This document shows positions 30,199-40,014 of a stretch of 64,000 bases of DNA, piece after piece. A model generated the notes under the pieces. The model was not told the origin of the DNA and searched no databases. It worked only from the letters and a program-made list of their open reading frames with translations. This DNA comes from Candidatus Omnitrophota bacterium (GTDB taxonomy: Bacteria > Omnitrophota > Gorgyraeia > Zapsychrales > Fredricksoniimonadaceae). Position 1 is the first letter of the stretch, and each line of letters begins with the position of its first letter. Both the position numbers and the translations under genes were made by a program. The stretch is taken from positions 1,875 to 65,874 of the forward strand of contig CAJARJ010000009.1 in NCBI GenBank assembly GCA_903944345.1. The letters are read 5' to 3'.

Positions 30199-31194
30199 TC
30201 AGGGAACCTGGACTTCATCGAGGATCCGACGAACCAGGTCCTCCGAAGTCTTGTTCTCTGCCTCCGCTTCGTAACTGGGGACGACACGATGGCGCAAGAC
30301 ATCCATTCCTATGGATTTGACGTCCTGCGGAGTAACATAACCGCGACCTCTTATAAAGGCATGCGCTTTGGCCGCAAGCGCCAGATTAATTGTCGCCCGC
30401 GGACTTGCTCCATATGAGATCAGAACACGTAAATCCGCCATCCCATACTTTTCCGGGGAACGAGTGGCATCAACAATATCCACAATATATTGCTGGATCT
30501 TTTCATCAATATAAATCTCATCCACCACATTGCGCACGCGCAAGATGTCCTGCGGGGTCACAATCCGGTTGACTTGAAGGTTGCGTCCGGTATATGCCAT
30601 CCGTTTGAGGATAAGAAGCTCATCCTCCTTGCCCGGATAATCAACCTTGACCTTAAGCATAAAGCGGTCAACCTGGGCCTCGGGCAAAGGATATGTTCCC
30701 TCCTGCTCAATCGGATTCTGCGTGGCCAGTACAAGAAAAGGCGACTCCAATTTGAGCGTCTCGTCCCCTATAGTCACCTGCCGCTCCTGCATGGCTTCCA
30801 GCAGGGCACTCTGAACCTTGGCCGGAGCACGATTAATTTCGTCGGCCAAAATAATATTGGCAAAAACAGGTCCTTTACGAACCGAGAAGCCTCCCGAGCG
30901 CTGGTCATAAACCAGCGTTCCTATCAGATCCGCGGGCAACATATCGGGCGTAAACTGAAGACGATGAAAACTTGTTTGCAAGGTATCAGAAAGAGTCTTG
31001 ACCGTGCGCGTCTTGGCCAGGCCCGGAACGCCTTCAACCAGAACATGACCATCCGCCAAAAGCCCGATCAAAAGCCTTTCAATCAGGTACTTCTGGCCCA
31101 CAATAACCTTGCCTATCTCCAGCATCAGGGTTTCTAAAAAAGCACTCTCTTTACGAACCAGCTCGTTGATTGCAGAAACACCTTGTTCAGACAT
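30199..31194 (-). CDS. moxR: MoxR-family AAA+ ATPase
   Basis: 331 aa, Walker A GVPGLAKT, Walker B ILADEINRA, MoxR-type C-terminal lid. Confidence 0.85.
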   Translation of the reverse strand: MSEQGVSAINELVRKESAFLETLMLEIGKVIVGQKYLIERLLIGLLADGHVLVEGVPGLAKTRTVKTLSDTLQTSFHRLQFTPDMLPADLIGTLVYDQRSGGFSVRKGPVFANIILADEINRAPAKVQSALLEAMQERQVTIGDETLKLESPFLVLATQNPIEQEGTYPLPEAQVDRFMLKVKVDYPGKEDELLILKRMAYTGRNLQVNRIVTPQDILRVRNVVDEIYIDEKIQQYIVDIVDATRSPEKYGMADLRVLISYGASPRATINLALAAKAHAFIRGRGYVTPQDVKSIGMDVLRHRVVPSYEAEAENKTSEDLVRRILDEVQVP

Positions 31195-31261
31195 AACCCC
31201 CTCCTGTAAAAAGAAAACAATTTGTCCCGGTTTTTGCTCTGGGAAAGGAAAAAAGCACTCA

Positions 31262-32443
31262 TCAAAAAATATTTTGTTTGTAAATCACAATCAGGGCATC
31301 GACGGGATTGGGATGAAACCATGAACCTTTCAGGCGGACAATTTCTTCAACCGCAAAATCCCGCGATCTGCCTTTACGATAAGGCCGATCGGTGGTCATG
31401 GCATCAAAAGTGTCCGCTACCGCAATAATCGCGGCAATCATCGGAATAGCCTCGCCCTTGATCCCGTCTGGATACCCGCTGCCATCATAACGCTCATGAT
31501 GACTCCGGACACCCTGAATACAGCCATCAAATTCTTTGATCGGAGCAAGAATATCCGCTCCCCGGGTTACATGTGTTTTCATGATTTCAAATTCTTCAGG
31601 CGTCAAGTGGTCATTCTTCATCAGAATCGATTCGGGAATACCTATCTTACCGATATCGTGCAGAAGTCCGGCGATATACAAATTATCAAAAAACTTGGGC
31701 GGAGCTTCAAAGAGCCCCATGGCAACCATCTGACGCGCGATCACCAGGCTGTAACGTGTCACCCTTTCCGTATGGCCGTGAGTATAGGAATCCTTGGCCT
31801 CGATCGCACTGCCCAAAGCAATCGCTGTCTGAATAAACATATTCCGGCTGCGATCTACTTCATATTTCAAATTTTCAAAAAGCCTGGCATTCCGGATAGC
31901 CATGGCCACATCTGAAGCCAAGGCGGCAAAAAAGTCCAATTCCTCCTGCTCCATCCTGGCCGCGTCCTTTTTGGGACCCAGCAATAAAACAGCCAACAAC
32001 TCCCTGCGATAAAAAGCCGGAACGCAGGCAATAGAATTGAGCGTAACCATCTGGTCGCTCACCTGATGCAGGAGCTCCCGCATCCCACTAACACATTCGA
32101 TAACACTCTCTTGCCAGATCAGTCTGTTTAAATCCTCAGCCAGCAGAGCCCCGCGGCCTACAATAATCGAATGATACTCCCGCTGTAAAAAAATCCTGAT
32201 CAGCGGATGATCCTTACTAAAACTGACAAAATTCTCGGGTATTCGTTCGCCGTGACCACCACGAGAGACCGACAAAACATACGTGTCCGACGCCGGCTCG
32301 TAAACAATCATACCGGCGTGTGTCAAATGAACCTTGCGCACAAGCATCCGGATCAAAAGCCGGATCAACAACACATGATCATGAATCATGATCATCCCGC
32401 GACTGGCAGTCTCAAGTTCTTTCTTGTAGTCAATCTTGGTCAT
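31262..32443 (-). CDS. HD-GYP domain phosphodiesterase with N-terminal GAF-like sensor region
   Basis: HDIGKIGIP ... HHERYDGSGYPDG (HD-GYP hallmark). Confidence 0.8.
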   Translation of the reverse strand: MTKIDYKKELETASRGMIMIHDHVLLIRLLIRMLVRKVHLTHAGMIVYEPASDTYVLSVSRGGHGERIPENFVSFSKDHPLIRIFLQREYHSIIVGRGALLAEDLNRLIWQESVIECVSGMRELLHQVSDQMVTLNSIACVPAFYRRELLAVLLLGPKKDAARMEQEELDFFAALASDVAMAIRNARLFENLKYEVDRSRNMFIQTAIALGSAIEAKDSYTHGHTERVTRYSLVIARQMVAMGLFEAPPKFFDNLYIAGLLHDIGKIGIPESILMKNDHLTPEEFEIMKTHVTRGADILAPIKEFDGCIQGVRSHHERYDGSGYPDGIKGEAIPMIAAIIAVADTFDAMTTDRPYRKGRSRDFAVEEIVRLKGSWFHPNPVDALIVIYKQNIF

Positions 32444-32811
32444 ACTGTTCCACTATCCGCGATCTGGGCCAGCACGGTCTTCTCGAGTTCTTCCAGAGCT
32501 ACAGGTTTTCGAAGAAAAGCCGACACTCCCAAAACATTCAATTCTTTGGTGATTTCGTCATTATCGACTCCGGAAAGAATAATAACCGGAGTAAACAGAC
32601 GTCGCTGACGAATCTCCCTGAGAACCTCAACTCCACTAATATCCTTCATACGGATATCCAGAAGGATCAGATCAAAAACCTCGACCTTGAGAATCTCCAA
32701 AGCCTGGGCTCCACTCCCGACCGCAAACACGTCTATCCCTCGTTTACGAAAAAAAACGGAAGAAAAACCGCAAACATCAGGTTCATCATCAACAATCAGC
32801 AGTCTAGGCAT
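32440..32811 (-). CDS. single-domain response regulator (CheY-like receiver)
   Basis: MPRLLIVDDEPD...DLILLDIRMKD...; the ATG at 32811 is preferred over the extended ORF-track start at 32889. Stop overlaps the HD-GYP start by 4 nt. Confidence 0.75.
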   Translation of the reverse strand: MPRLLIVDDEPDVCGFSSVFFRKRGIDVFAVGSGAQALEILKVEVFDLILLDIRMKDISGVEVLREIRQRRLFTPVIILSGVDNDEITKELNVLGVSAFLRKPVALEELEKTVLAQIADSGTV

Positions 32812-32916
32812 ATATAAAGCTCTGGGGTGTGAAGCATGAGCCAAACGAGAGATACAACGTTTAATTATAAGAACAAGTGCACTGTACAAACAAGAAAAAA
32901 CTGAAAAAAGAAGTCG

Positions 32917-33840
32917 TTACGCAGATCCAGTTCCTGTCGCAGGGAGCAAAAGGACGACCTTCGTCCCCTCACCGAAAACAGATTGAATTTCAACACTCCC
33001 GTTATGATTCTCCTCAATTATCTTTCGAATCACACAAAGCCCCAGACCGGTACCTTTACCATCATCCTGCTTGGTTGTAAAAAAAGGAGTAAATAACGCC
33101 GACTGATGCTCCGGACTGATGCCGGCACCATTATCGCAAAAAGACAACTCAAGATTATCTCCGAGAAGTTCCCCTCTGACCCGAAGCTGAGGAATATACC
33201 CTGTCGAAAGACGGCTCTTTTCTTTTTGCAGCAAAGCCGCGAAAGCATTATCAATAATGTTGAAGAAAACTTCCTGCAACTGCGTAAAAAAACCGTTGAT
33301 TCTTATCGTTTCGCCACAAGGCCATTCGCGAACAATCCTGATTTTGCCAGCTGCATGTTTATACCCCGCCAACTCTATCGCCGCTGACAAAACTTCCGAA
33401 ACAGAACACAGTTCAGGAGAAGGCCCTTCCTCACGGACATAGCGCATTAATCCATGAACAGTATCTTTGCCATGAGCCACATGAAGTGCAAGCCGGGAAA
33501 GACCGGCGGACAATTGTTCGAAAAAAGCTTTCATCCCGGGCTGAATACACAGCTCACTTCGAGTAGAAAGAAGATCCTGCAAATCATCTGCCAACAACCC
33601 GATCACATGCAAACGGTTATTGATCTGATGGGTAAGCCCCCCGGCCATAATCCCGATCGAGGCAAGCTTCTCCAGCCTTAACAAATATCCAACCGGCTGA
33701 TCTGTCTTTTCAGAAACAGCCTCGAAAGAAAGAACGTATTGCAAAAAGAAACATCGCATTCTTTGCGTCAGCTCAAGCCTGAACCGCAAAAAAAATAAAA
33801 CGATCAAAAGCAAAACAATAGAAACAACGAGCAACGGCAA
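32917..33840 (-). CDS. sensor histidine kinase (TM + HisKA-like + HATPase_c)
   Basis: N-terminal TM, H-box GGLTHQINNRL, N box IIDNAFAAL, G boxes DNGAGI and GTGLGL. Confidence 0.75.
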   Translation of the reverse strand: MPLLVVSIVLLLIVLFFLRFRLELTQRMRCFFLQYVLSFEAVSEKTDQPVGYLLRLEKLASIGIMAGGLTHQINNRLHVIGLLADDLQDLLSTRSELCIQPGMKAFFEQLSAGLSRLALHVAHGKDTVHGLMRYVREEGPSPELCSVSEVLSAAIELAGYKHAAGKIRIVREWPCGETIRINGFFTQLQEVFFNIIDNAFAALLQKEKSRLSTGYIPQLRVRGELLGDNLELSFCDNGAGISPEHQSALFTPFFTTKQDDGKGTGLGLCVIRKIIEENHNGSVEIQSVFGEGTKVVLLLPATGTGSA

Positions 33841-33922
33841 ACTCCTGTCCTATTTCCGAATTCATGACACCTGTCTTGAGCACTCTAACTTCTGCCCAGG
33901 GAACAGGGACAGGTTCGAAGAA

Positions 33923-35209
33923 TCAGAATTTGTAAGTCATTGTCATATACATCAGATTTGTCCACTGCTTGTAAGTTCCGTTATTGTCACCATTGTTGAC
34001 CGAATTATCGATATCGCGAGGCATATAATATATCCCCGACCAGGCCAGATCCAGAGTCAGGCTTTTGGACAAGTCATAGCCAAATCCAGTCGTCAATCCA
34101 TGACTCACGGCATCAGGAAGATTAGGTTCCCAGGTGTCATTCGGAACCGGACTCTGATGATGGTAATAACCGCCACGCACCCGAAAGCGTTCGCTGACAG
34201 AGTACTGCACACCAAAAGCTCCGGAAAAAACACTGATCCAGTCCCGGGAAACAGGATTCCCGGTATTCAGCAAAGCCAGGCGAGAAAGGTCTGTCTCTGT
34301 GGGATAGGCCAACTCTTCCTTGTTGACAAGCGACCAGTTCATCCACTCAATATCCAGATTGAACGTCCATTTTGAGTCCGGTTTGTAGCTATACCCGAGG
34401 ACGATGCTATCCGGAAGAGTCGACTTGGATATCACATCGGTCTGATAAGAATCCGGAATATTAAAAGCCGCGCCAAGCCCCGCCGCAACGCCTTCATCAA
34501 TATAAACTTTTCCTTTGTACTTATGTTCAATAGGACTGCGATACATCAACCCAAACTGATGACGATCATTCAGCTTATACAGACCCGCCACTCTGAAGCC
34601 TGCGGAAACGTCATCGCCTTTCAGTTTAAAATTGGCATCTGGACCACCCAAACCAAGATTAAGTTTTTTCTGCTTGTTAACCAGCGAATCATCAACATCC
34701 ACCCCCGCCGCCAATGACCAGTGATCATTAACCTCATAAGCAACCGTAAACATGTAATCCTTATTGCTGACTTCCGCGCGAGTTGTGCTGTATTTGGCAA
34801 AACTTTCCTGTGACCAATCGGTCACCAAACCCCAGGAAGATGTGACCCCAAGCCCGAACGCGAACTTTTCTGTTCCAAGATCCGTCACAAAATAACCATG
34901 CGGGATCATATGCGTATCGCGCTGCATCTTGGTCTTTATATCACCCTCATTACTTTCGTAACTACCTTTGGGCTGAATCAAGGAAAGCCCCAAAGACATG
35001 CTGCTGCCACCTAACTGAGTCATTCCGGCTGGATTGTAATAAACAGAAGAAGGATTGTTGGCCTCACCCGCAAAGGCTGACCCTTTGCCTACTGCCGCCG
35101 CATCGGGAACCTCCAGGCGGTAAGCTCCTGAACCAGCAGCAAATACGCTGGAAACAGTCAAAAAAGTCCAGCTGAAGAATAAAGAAAACTTTATAAATGA
35201 AAAAGACAT
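33923..35209 (-). CDS. FadL/TodX/OmpP1-family outer-membrane hydrophobic-compound transporter
   Basis: 428 aa with a signal peptide, an N-terminal hatch motif region (AAVGKGSAFAGEANNPSSVYYNPAGM) and a C-terminal aromatic residue (YKF). Confidence 0.75.
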   Translation of the reverse strand: MSFSFIKFSLFFSWTFLTVSSVFAAGSGAYRLEVPDAAAVGKGSAFAGEANNPSSVYYNPAGMTQLGGSSMSLGLSLIQPKGSYESNEGDIKTKMQRDTHMIPHGYFVTDLGTEKFAFGLGVTSSWGLVTDWSQESFAKYSTTRAEVSNKDYMFTVAYEVNDHWSLAAGVDVDDSLVNKQKKLNLGLGGPDANFKLKGDDVSAGFRVAGLYKLNDRHQFGLMYRSPIEHKYKGKVYIDEGVAAGLGAAFNIPDSYQTDVISKSTLPDSIVLGYSYKPDSKWTFNLDIEWMNWSLVNKEELAYPTETDLSRLALLNTGNPVSRDWISVFSGAFGVQYSVSERFRVRGGYYHHQSPVPNDTWEPNLPDAVSHGLTTGFGYDLSKSLTLDLAWSGIYYMPRDIDNSVNNGDNNGTYKQWTNLMYMTMTYKF

Positions 35210-35295
35210 ATGACCGCCCTCCTATATAGGTTCCACAAATCTGTGGTTATATATTAGGCTGTCCGGACAGGAAAAAGAATCTTTTTTCGATTTTT

Positions 35296-36240
35296 TTAAC
35301 TGGCAAATACAAGTGCATCAATATCCGCAGGCTGCTGAATATTTTGCACATTAATAGACGGATCAATCTTGCGTATCAAGCCTTTAAGCACTCTGCCTGG
35401 TCCAATCTCGACCATGTCTGAAATGCCCTGCGCTGCAATAAACCTGACAGTATCAACCCACTGGACAGAAGAACAAATTTGTTTGGGAAGATTGGCAAGA
35501 ATTTCGTTAACCGCCGTCTGCGGGCGCGCATTCACATTGGTGATAACCGGAATATCGGTGATACGAAAAGCCTCCGGTTTAAGAATCGCCGCAAACTTCT
35601 CGGCAGCGGGGCGCATAAGGGAAGAATGAAACGCTCCGCTCACCTCCAGCGGAATAACTTTTCGGCAGCCTTCGGCTGTTAACATTTCAACAGCCTTCGC
35701 GACTTTGAGGGCCTGTCCGGTTATGACAGTCTGATCCGGAGCATTGTAATTGGCCACCTCACAATCAGCTTCCAGACAGATTGCCTGCAAGCGATCATTA
35801 TCAAAACCGATCACCGCAGCCATCTTTCCCGGAGCAGCCTGGGCAGCCTCTTCCATGAAAGAAGAACGTTGACGTATAAGATCCAGTCCATCTTCAAAGG
35901 CAATAACACCAGCCGCACATAAGGCTCCGTATTCTCCCAGACTCAAGCCGGCGGCATAACGCACCCTAACTCCCGAACACTTGAGCGAAGACCGGAAAGC
36001 TTCAAACGCCGCTATACTCACAGTAAAAATCGCCGGCTGACAAAAAGCCGTCGACATCAGCTTTTCTTCTGGCCCGTTAAAAATAACATCCGTCAAATCA
36101 AACCCGAGACGTGTGTTAGCCCGTTCAAAAATCGCTCTCGCGGCAGAAGACTGCTCAAACAACTCTTTTCCCATCCCTGTTTTCTGCGCACCCTGTCCGG
36201 GAAAGATCAAAGCAATGTCTTTCATTTTCAATAACTCCAT
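35296..36240 (-). CDS. fabD: malonyl CoA-ACP transacylase
   Basis: ALIFPGQGAQKTGMG..., active-site GLSLGEY. Confidence 0.9.
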   Translation of the reverse strand: MELLKMKDIALIFPGQGAQKTGMGKELFEQSSAARAIFERANTRLGFDLTDVIFNGPEEKLMSTAFCQPAIFTVSIAAFEAFRSSLKCSGVRVRYAAGLSLGEYGALCAAGVIAFEDGLDLIRQRSSFMEEAAQAAPGKMAAVIGFDNDRLQAICLEADCEVANYNAPDQTVITGQALKVAKAVEMLTAEGCRKVIPLEVSGAFHSSLMRPAAEKFAAILKPEAFRITDIPVITNVNARPQTAVNEILANLPKQICSSVQWVDTVRFIAAQGISDMVEIGPGRVLKGLIRKIDPSINVQNIQQPADIDALVFAS

Positions 36241-37217
36241 TCGACAATATTAGCGGCAGCAACCAATCCTGCACCAAAAACAACCAGGGCAACCTTGTCC
36301 CCTTTTTTTATCCGGCCGGACTCAACAGCCTCACACAGAGCGACTACAACCGAAGCCGCCGAAATATTCCCATATTTATGAATATTGACAAAAAACTTCT
36401 CTTTATCGATGCCAGCTCTTTTAGCAACACTTGCAATGATACGATCATTAGCTTGATGTGGAACAACACAGGAAATCAGATCAAGTGACACTCCGGCCTT
36501 CCTGGCGGCACAGGCCACAGCATCAGCCATGCCCGGGACAGCTTTCTTGAACAAATCCTGCCCGTTCATAACGACATAAGGCAGATTCCCGCTTGCGACC
36601 TTCGGATCAGACGGAAGTCGAATATTACCTGGCTCGACTCCCATCAATTCGGCATTCGACCCGTCAGAAATCATGTAATCTGAAAGAATTCCGCCCGAGC
36701 TGACGGGCCCAAGAACCGCGGCACCGGCCCCGTCACCAAAAAGCACACAGGTATTGCGATCCTTCCAGTCAATAATCGTAGAAAACCGATCCGCCGCAAT
36801 GACCAGTGCGTTCTTGACCATTCCTGAAGCAATAAAATGCTTGGCTGTGGTCAGCGCATAAAGGAACCCTGAACAGGCCGCGCTCACATCGAAAGCAAAA
36901 GCTTTCTCTGCACCAATCGCTTTCTGAACAAGACAGGCAACTGAAGGAAACGCGCTATCCGGGGTAACAGTAGCTACGATGATGGCTTCAATATTTTCTG
37001 CTAAAACCGGAGACGACCTTAGTGCATCGCGTGCCGCCATAATCGCCAGATCACTTGTCTTTTCGTTGAGATCCGCAATACGGCGTTCTTTGATGCCGGT
37101 GCGTGTAGTTATCCAATCATCGGAAGTCTCAACAATCTTTTCCAGATCGGAGTTGGTCAATACTTGCGAAGGAAGATAACGACCCAGAGCCAGAATGCCG
37201 ATCTTGTTCATAACCAT
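36228..37217 (-). CDS. fabH: 3-oxoacyl-ACP synthase III
   Basis: KIGILALGRYLP..., active-site Cys in FDVSAACSGF, and the His/Asn region. The ORF track extends to 37313; an ATG at 37217 or 37211 fits FabH N-termini and leaves a 22-nt gap after plsX. Confidence 0.88.
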   Translation of the reverse strand: MVMNKIGILALGRYLPSQVLTNSDLEKIVETSDDWITTRTGIKERRIADLNEKTSDLAIMAARDALRSSPVLAENIEAIIVATVTPDSAFPSVACLVQKAIGAEKAFAFDVSAACSGFLYALTTAKHFIASGMVKNALVIAADRFSTIIDWKDRNTCVLFGDGAGAAVLGPVSSGGILSDYMISDGSNAELMGVEPGNIRLPSDPKVASGNLPYVVMNGQDLFKKAVPGMADAVACAARKAGVSLDLISCVVPHQANDRIIASVAKRAGIDKEKFFVNIHKYGNISAASVVVALCEAVESGRIKKGDKVALVVFGAGLVAAANIVEWSY

Positions 37218-37239
37218 CCCAGTATTAGAAAAGCGGATC

Positions 37240-38226
37240 TCAGGCGATGACTGCCGCTTTAAGTTTATCAATAATATTATGCTCGACTTCACGCATAGCC
37301 GCACGAATCGCATTCTTGATGGCTTTTGGGGAGGAACGACCGTGACTGATCATAACTATCCCGTTGACCCCCAGTAAAGGAGCCCCGCCATATTCAGAAT
37401 AATCGACATGCTTTTTAACTTTTCTAAGAGCCCCCTTGAGAAAAAGCGTCCCGAACATGGCGAAAGGATCTTTGAAGATTTCGCGTTTGAGCACCTGGCC
37501 AGCGGCTTCCATAAGACCTTCGGAAGTCTTGATAATGACATTTCCTACAAAACCCGTGCAAACAATACAATCCGCCTTGTTGGCAAACATTTCATTAGGC
37601 TCAACATTGCCTATGAAACGGGGCATTTTTTCCTGCAAAATTTGATAAGTCTGCTTTTCAAATACAGACCCCTTGCCCTCCTCTTCGCCAATATTGACCA
37701 AACCGACAGAAGGCTCCGGCCTGGCCATAACGGTCTGGGCATAAACACTGGCCATCTGGGCATACTGATACAAATGCTCCGGCTTGGGTTCGGTATTAGC
37801 TCCGACATCGACCAGAAAAGAAAAACCGTTAACCTGAGGAATGACCAGACCAATCCCGGGGCGGTCGACCCCTTCGATCATGCGCAAATAAAATGTCGCC
37901 GCAGCCACACAGGCTCCGGTATTCCCAGCGGAAATAAAAGCATCATAGCCAGGGCGTTTGAGCAGATTAATTCCAACCGTAATCGAGCAGTCTTTCTTCT
38001 TGCGAATAACTTCCGTCGGCTGATCCTCCATACCAACAACTTCGGAGGCATGAACGATCTCCATCTGCTCTTTAGGATAAGAATAACGGGCAAGCTGCTC
38101 TTTGATACGCGACTCGATCCCGACCAAGGTAACGGTAACCGGGAATTCCTTGACCGCATCTACTACGCCGGCAATAACATTCTCCGGCGCATAATCTCCA
38201 CCCATCGCATCAACGACTATCTTCAA
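37240..38226 (-). CDS. plsX: phosphate acyltransferase PlsX
   Basis: 328 aa, MKIVVDAMGGDYAPE... is typical PlsX. Confidence 0.9.
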   Translation of the reverse strand: MKIVVDAMGGDYAPENVIAGVVDAVKEFPVTVTLVGIESRIKEQLARYSYPKEQMEIVHASEVVGMEDQPTEVIRKKKDCSITVGINLLKRPGYDAFISAGNTGACVAAATFYLRMIEGVDRPGIGLVIPQVNGFSFLVDVGANTEPKPEHLYQYAQMASVYAQTVMARPEPSVGLVNIGEEEGKGSVFEKQTYQILQEKMPRFIGNVEPNEMFANKADCIVCTGFVGNVIIKTSEGLMEAAGQVLKREIFKDPFAMFGTLFLKGALRKVKKHVDYSEYGGAPLLGVNGIVMISHGRSSPKAIKNAIRAAMREVEHNIIDKLKAAVIA

Positions 38227-38292
38227 TGTCTGCCGCCTTCCGCAATACTGCTATCGTATCAAACCAGCCTGGATATTGAGATGCCGGACGAG

Positions 38293-38490
38293 TTACTTGG
38301 CCTTGGGAGCCTTGGTCTTGATCTCGATGACCTGGCGACCTTTATAGCATCCGGTAACAGGACATATGCTGTGCAAATATCCGGCTTTAGAAACGACTGC
38401 GCTTTCAGCAGAAGAGCTTACCTCAAGCTTCTGATGAGTGCGACGGCGGCGTGAGCGCCCTTTGGAATGCTGACGTTTTGGATTCGGCAT
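38293..38490 (-). CDS. rpmF: 50S ribosomal protein L32
   Basis: 65 aa, MPNPKRQHSKGRSRRRR...CPVTGCYKGRQV. Confidence 0.8.
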   Translation of the reverse strand: MPNPKRQHSKGRSRRRRTHQKLEVSSSAESAVVSKAGYLHSICPVTGCYKGRQVIEIKTKAPKAK

Positions 38491-38507
38491 GTGATCTGTA
38501 CTCCTCT

Positions 38508-38927
38508 TTAACTATTTTTGTTTTTGCACTGACATTTATCTTTATTCAAATCGGCCCCACAACCACAACAGAGGCCAAGACAATCTTCTTTACAAAGAAT
38601 CCTGGAACTATAACCCAATACAATTTCTTCACAGATCCTCTGTCCGAGATCAATAAATTCATCTCCCGGAGAGGGTTCAAAATCAAACTGATATTTCATC
38701 ACAAAACGCTGCCTGAGAGGTGCCAAGCAACGGGCGCATTCGTTTTGCGAACAGGCTGTCAGCTCTACATTCGCCAGAATAATCTCGCCGGCACGATCAA
38801 TAATGGCAGTAACAATAACCGGCTCTGTCGAAATCAGAAAACCTTCTTCTACCCCTATCTCATGCGGTAAGACTGATTGCTCTAACGTCAAACCAGAGCT
38901 GCCGATATCCCGAATGCGTACCTTCAT
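38508..38927 (-). CDS. yceD: YceD/DUF177 family protein
   Basis: 139 aa with a C-terminal Cys cluster, in the conserved position upstream of rpmF-plsX. Confidence 0.7.
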   Translation of the reverse strand: MKVRIRDIGSSGLTLEQSVLPHEIGVEEGFLISTEPVIVTAIIDRAGEIILANVELTACSQNECARCLAPLRQRFVMKYQFDFEPSPGDEFIDLGQRICEEIVLGYSSRILCKEDCLGLCCGCGADLNKDKCQCKNKNS

Positions 38928-39406
38928 TTCTGCAAACGCTCCAACAGGCGCTTTTCAACGCAAGGAGGAACGAAAGATGAAAGATCTCCCCCCAATCGAG
39001 CAATTTCCTTGATCAGGGTTGAAGATAAAAAAGAATATTTTTCCGATGGCATCAAGAATACCGTTTCAACCGATTCGGCCATTCTGCGATTCGTCAAAGC
39101 CATCTGAAACTCATACTCAAAATCCGAAGTCATTCTCAGACCGCGGATCAGAACATTCGTGCCCTTCTTTTGAGCAAAATCGGTGACCAGCCCCTTGAAA
39201 GCATCGACCTCAACGCCATTAATACCATCCGTGGCCTCACGCAACATTAAGACCCTCTCTTCAAAAGAGAAAAGGGATGTTTTGTTCGAATTCTCGGCCA
39301 GAGCAACAATCACCCGGCTGTAAATACGCACAGCTCGACTGATAACGTCCAAATGACCATAGGTCAAAGGATCAAAGCTCCCGGGATAAATCGCCAGAGT
39401 TGTCAT
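38924..39406 (-). CDS. coaD: phosphopantetheine adenylyltransferase
   Basis: LAIYPGSFDPLTYGHLDVI (T/HxGH motif). ATG at 39406 preferred over ORF-track 39421. Confidence 0.88.
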   Translation of the reverse strand: MTTLAIYPGSFDPLTYGHLDVISRAVRIYSRVIVALAENSNKTSLFSFEERVLMLREATDGINGVEVDAFKGLVTDFAQKKGTNVLIRGLRMTSDFEYEFQMALTNRRMAESVETVFLMPSEKYSFLSSTLIKEIARLGGDLSSFVPPCVEKRLLERLQK

Positions 39407-39962
39407 CTTTGATCCTTTCATAAACCAGCAAACGGGATGAACCGTAAAGTTTGTTTTTTACAAGTTCGAGCCGATTATCGACTTCCGGCATACGTTCTTC
39501 ATCACCGAACTGGGCTAAAACCAAAGAATGAGCGGTCAATATATCATGTGCCACCAGGGTATTCAAGGTTTTTCTGGCCAGCTTCAAGCCATATGGAGGA
39601 TCAAAAAAAACAACATCAAAGGTTTCATGACGCCGGGCAAACTCCTTGACCGCAAAAAACGCATCCTGCTTGAGAACAGTCCCTTTTAATCCGCGATCCA
39701 CCGGCCGGATCCGGCTCAGATTTTCCTCTATAACGGCGACATTCTTCGGGTCATGCTCCACAAAAACAACTTCCGCCGCACCACAGGAAAGTGCCTCGAT
39801 CCCCACCGCCCCGCTGCCAGCATAAAGCTCCAGAAAACGCAAACCCGACAAATCATGCCCAATAATGTCAAAAATCGCCTTGCGAATAACATTCTGGGTC
39901 GGCCTGATCCCTTCCGGCATATAAATATTCCGCCCGGAGTATTCACCTGTAATTATCTTCAT
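39372..39962 (-). CDS. rsmD: 16S rRNA (guanine966-N2)-methyltransferase
   Basis: 196 aa, RPTQNVIRKAIFDII...LELYAGSGAVGIEALS...DPPY. Confidence 0.85.
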   Translation of the reverse strand: MKIITGEYSGRNIYMPEGIRPTQNVIRKAIFDIIGHDLSGLRFLELYAGSGAVGIEALSCGAAEVVFVEHDPKNVAVIEENLSRIRPVDRGLKGTVLKQDAFFAVKEFARRHETFDVVFFDPPYGLKLARKTLNTLVAHDILTAHSLVLAQFGDEERMPEVDNRLELVKNKLYGSSRLLVYERIKDDNSGDLSREL

Positions 39963-40014
39963 GCTGACTCCTGCAATGTTAGAAAGGTAATTTTAACACG
40001 ATTTAGGCCAGGTA

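Noticed and set aside
37408-38454. 348-aa plus ORF
   Set aside because: It is antisense to plsX/rpmF, both strongly supported.
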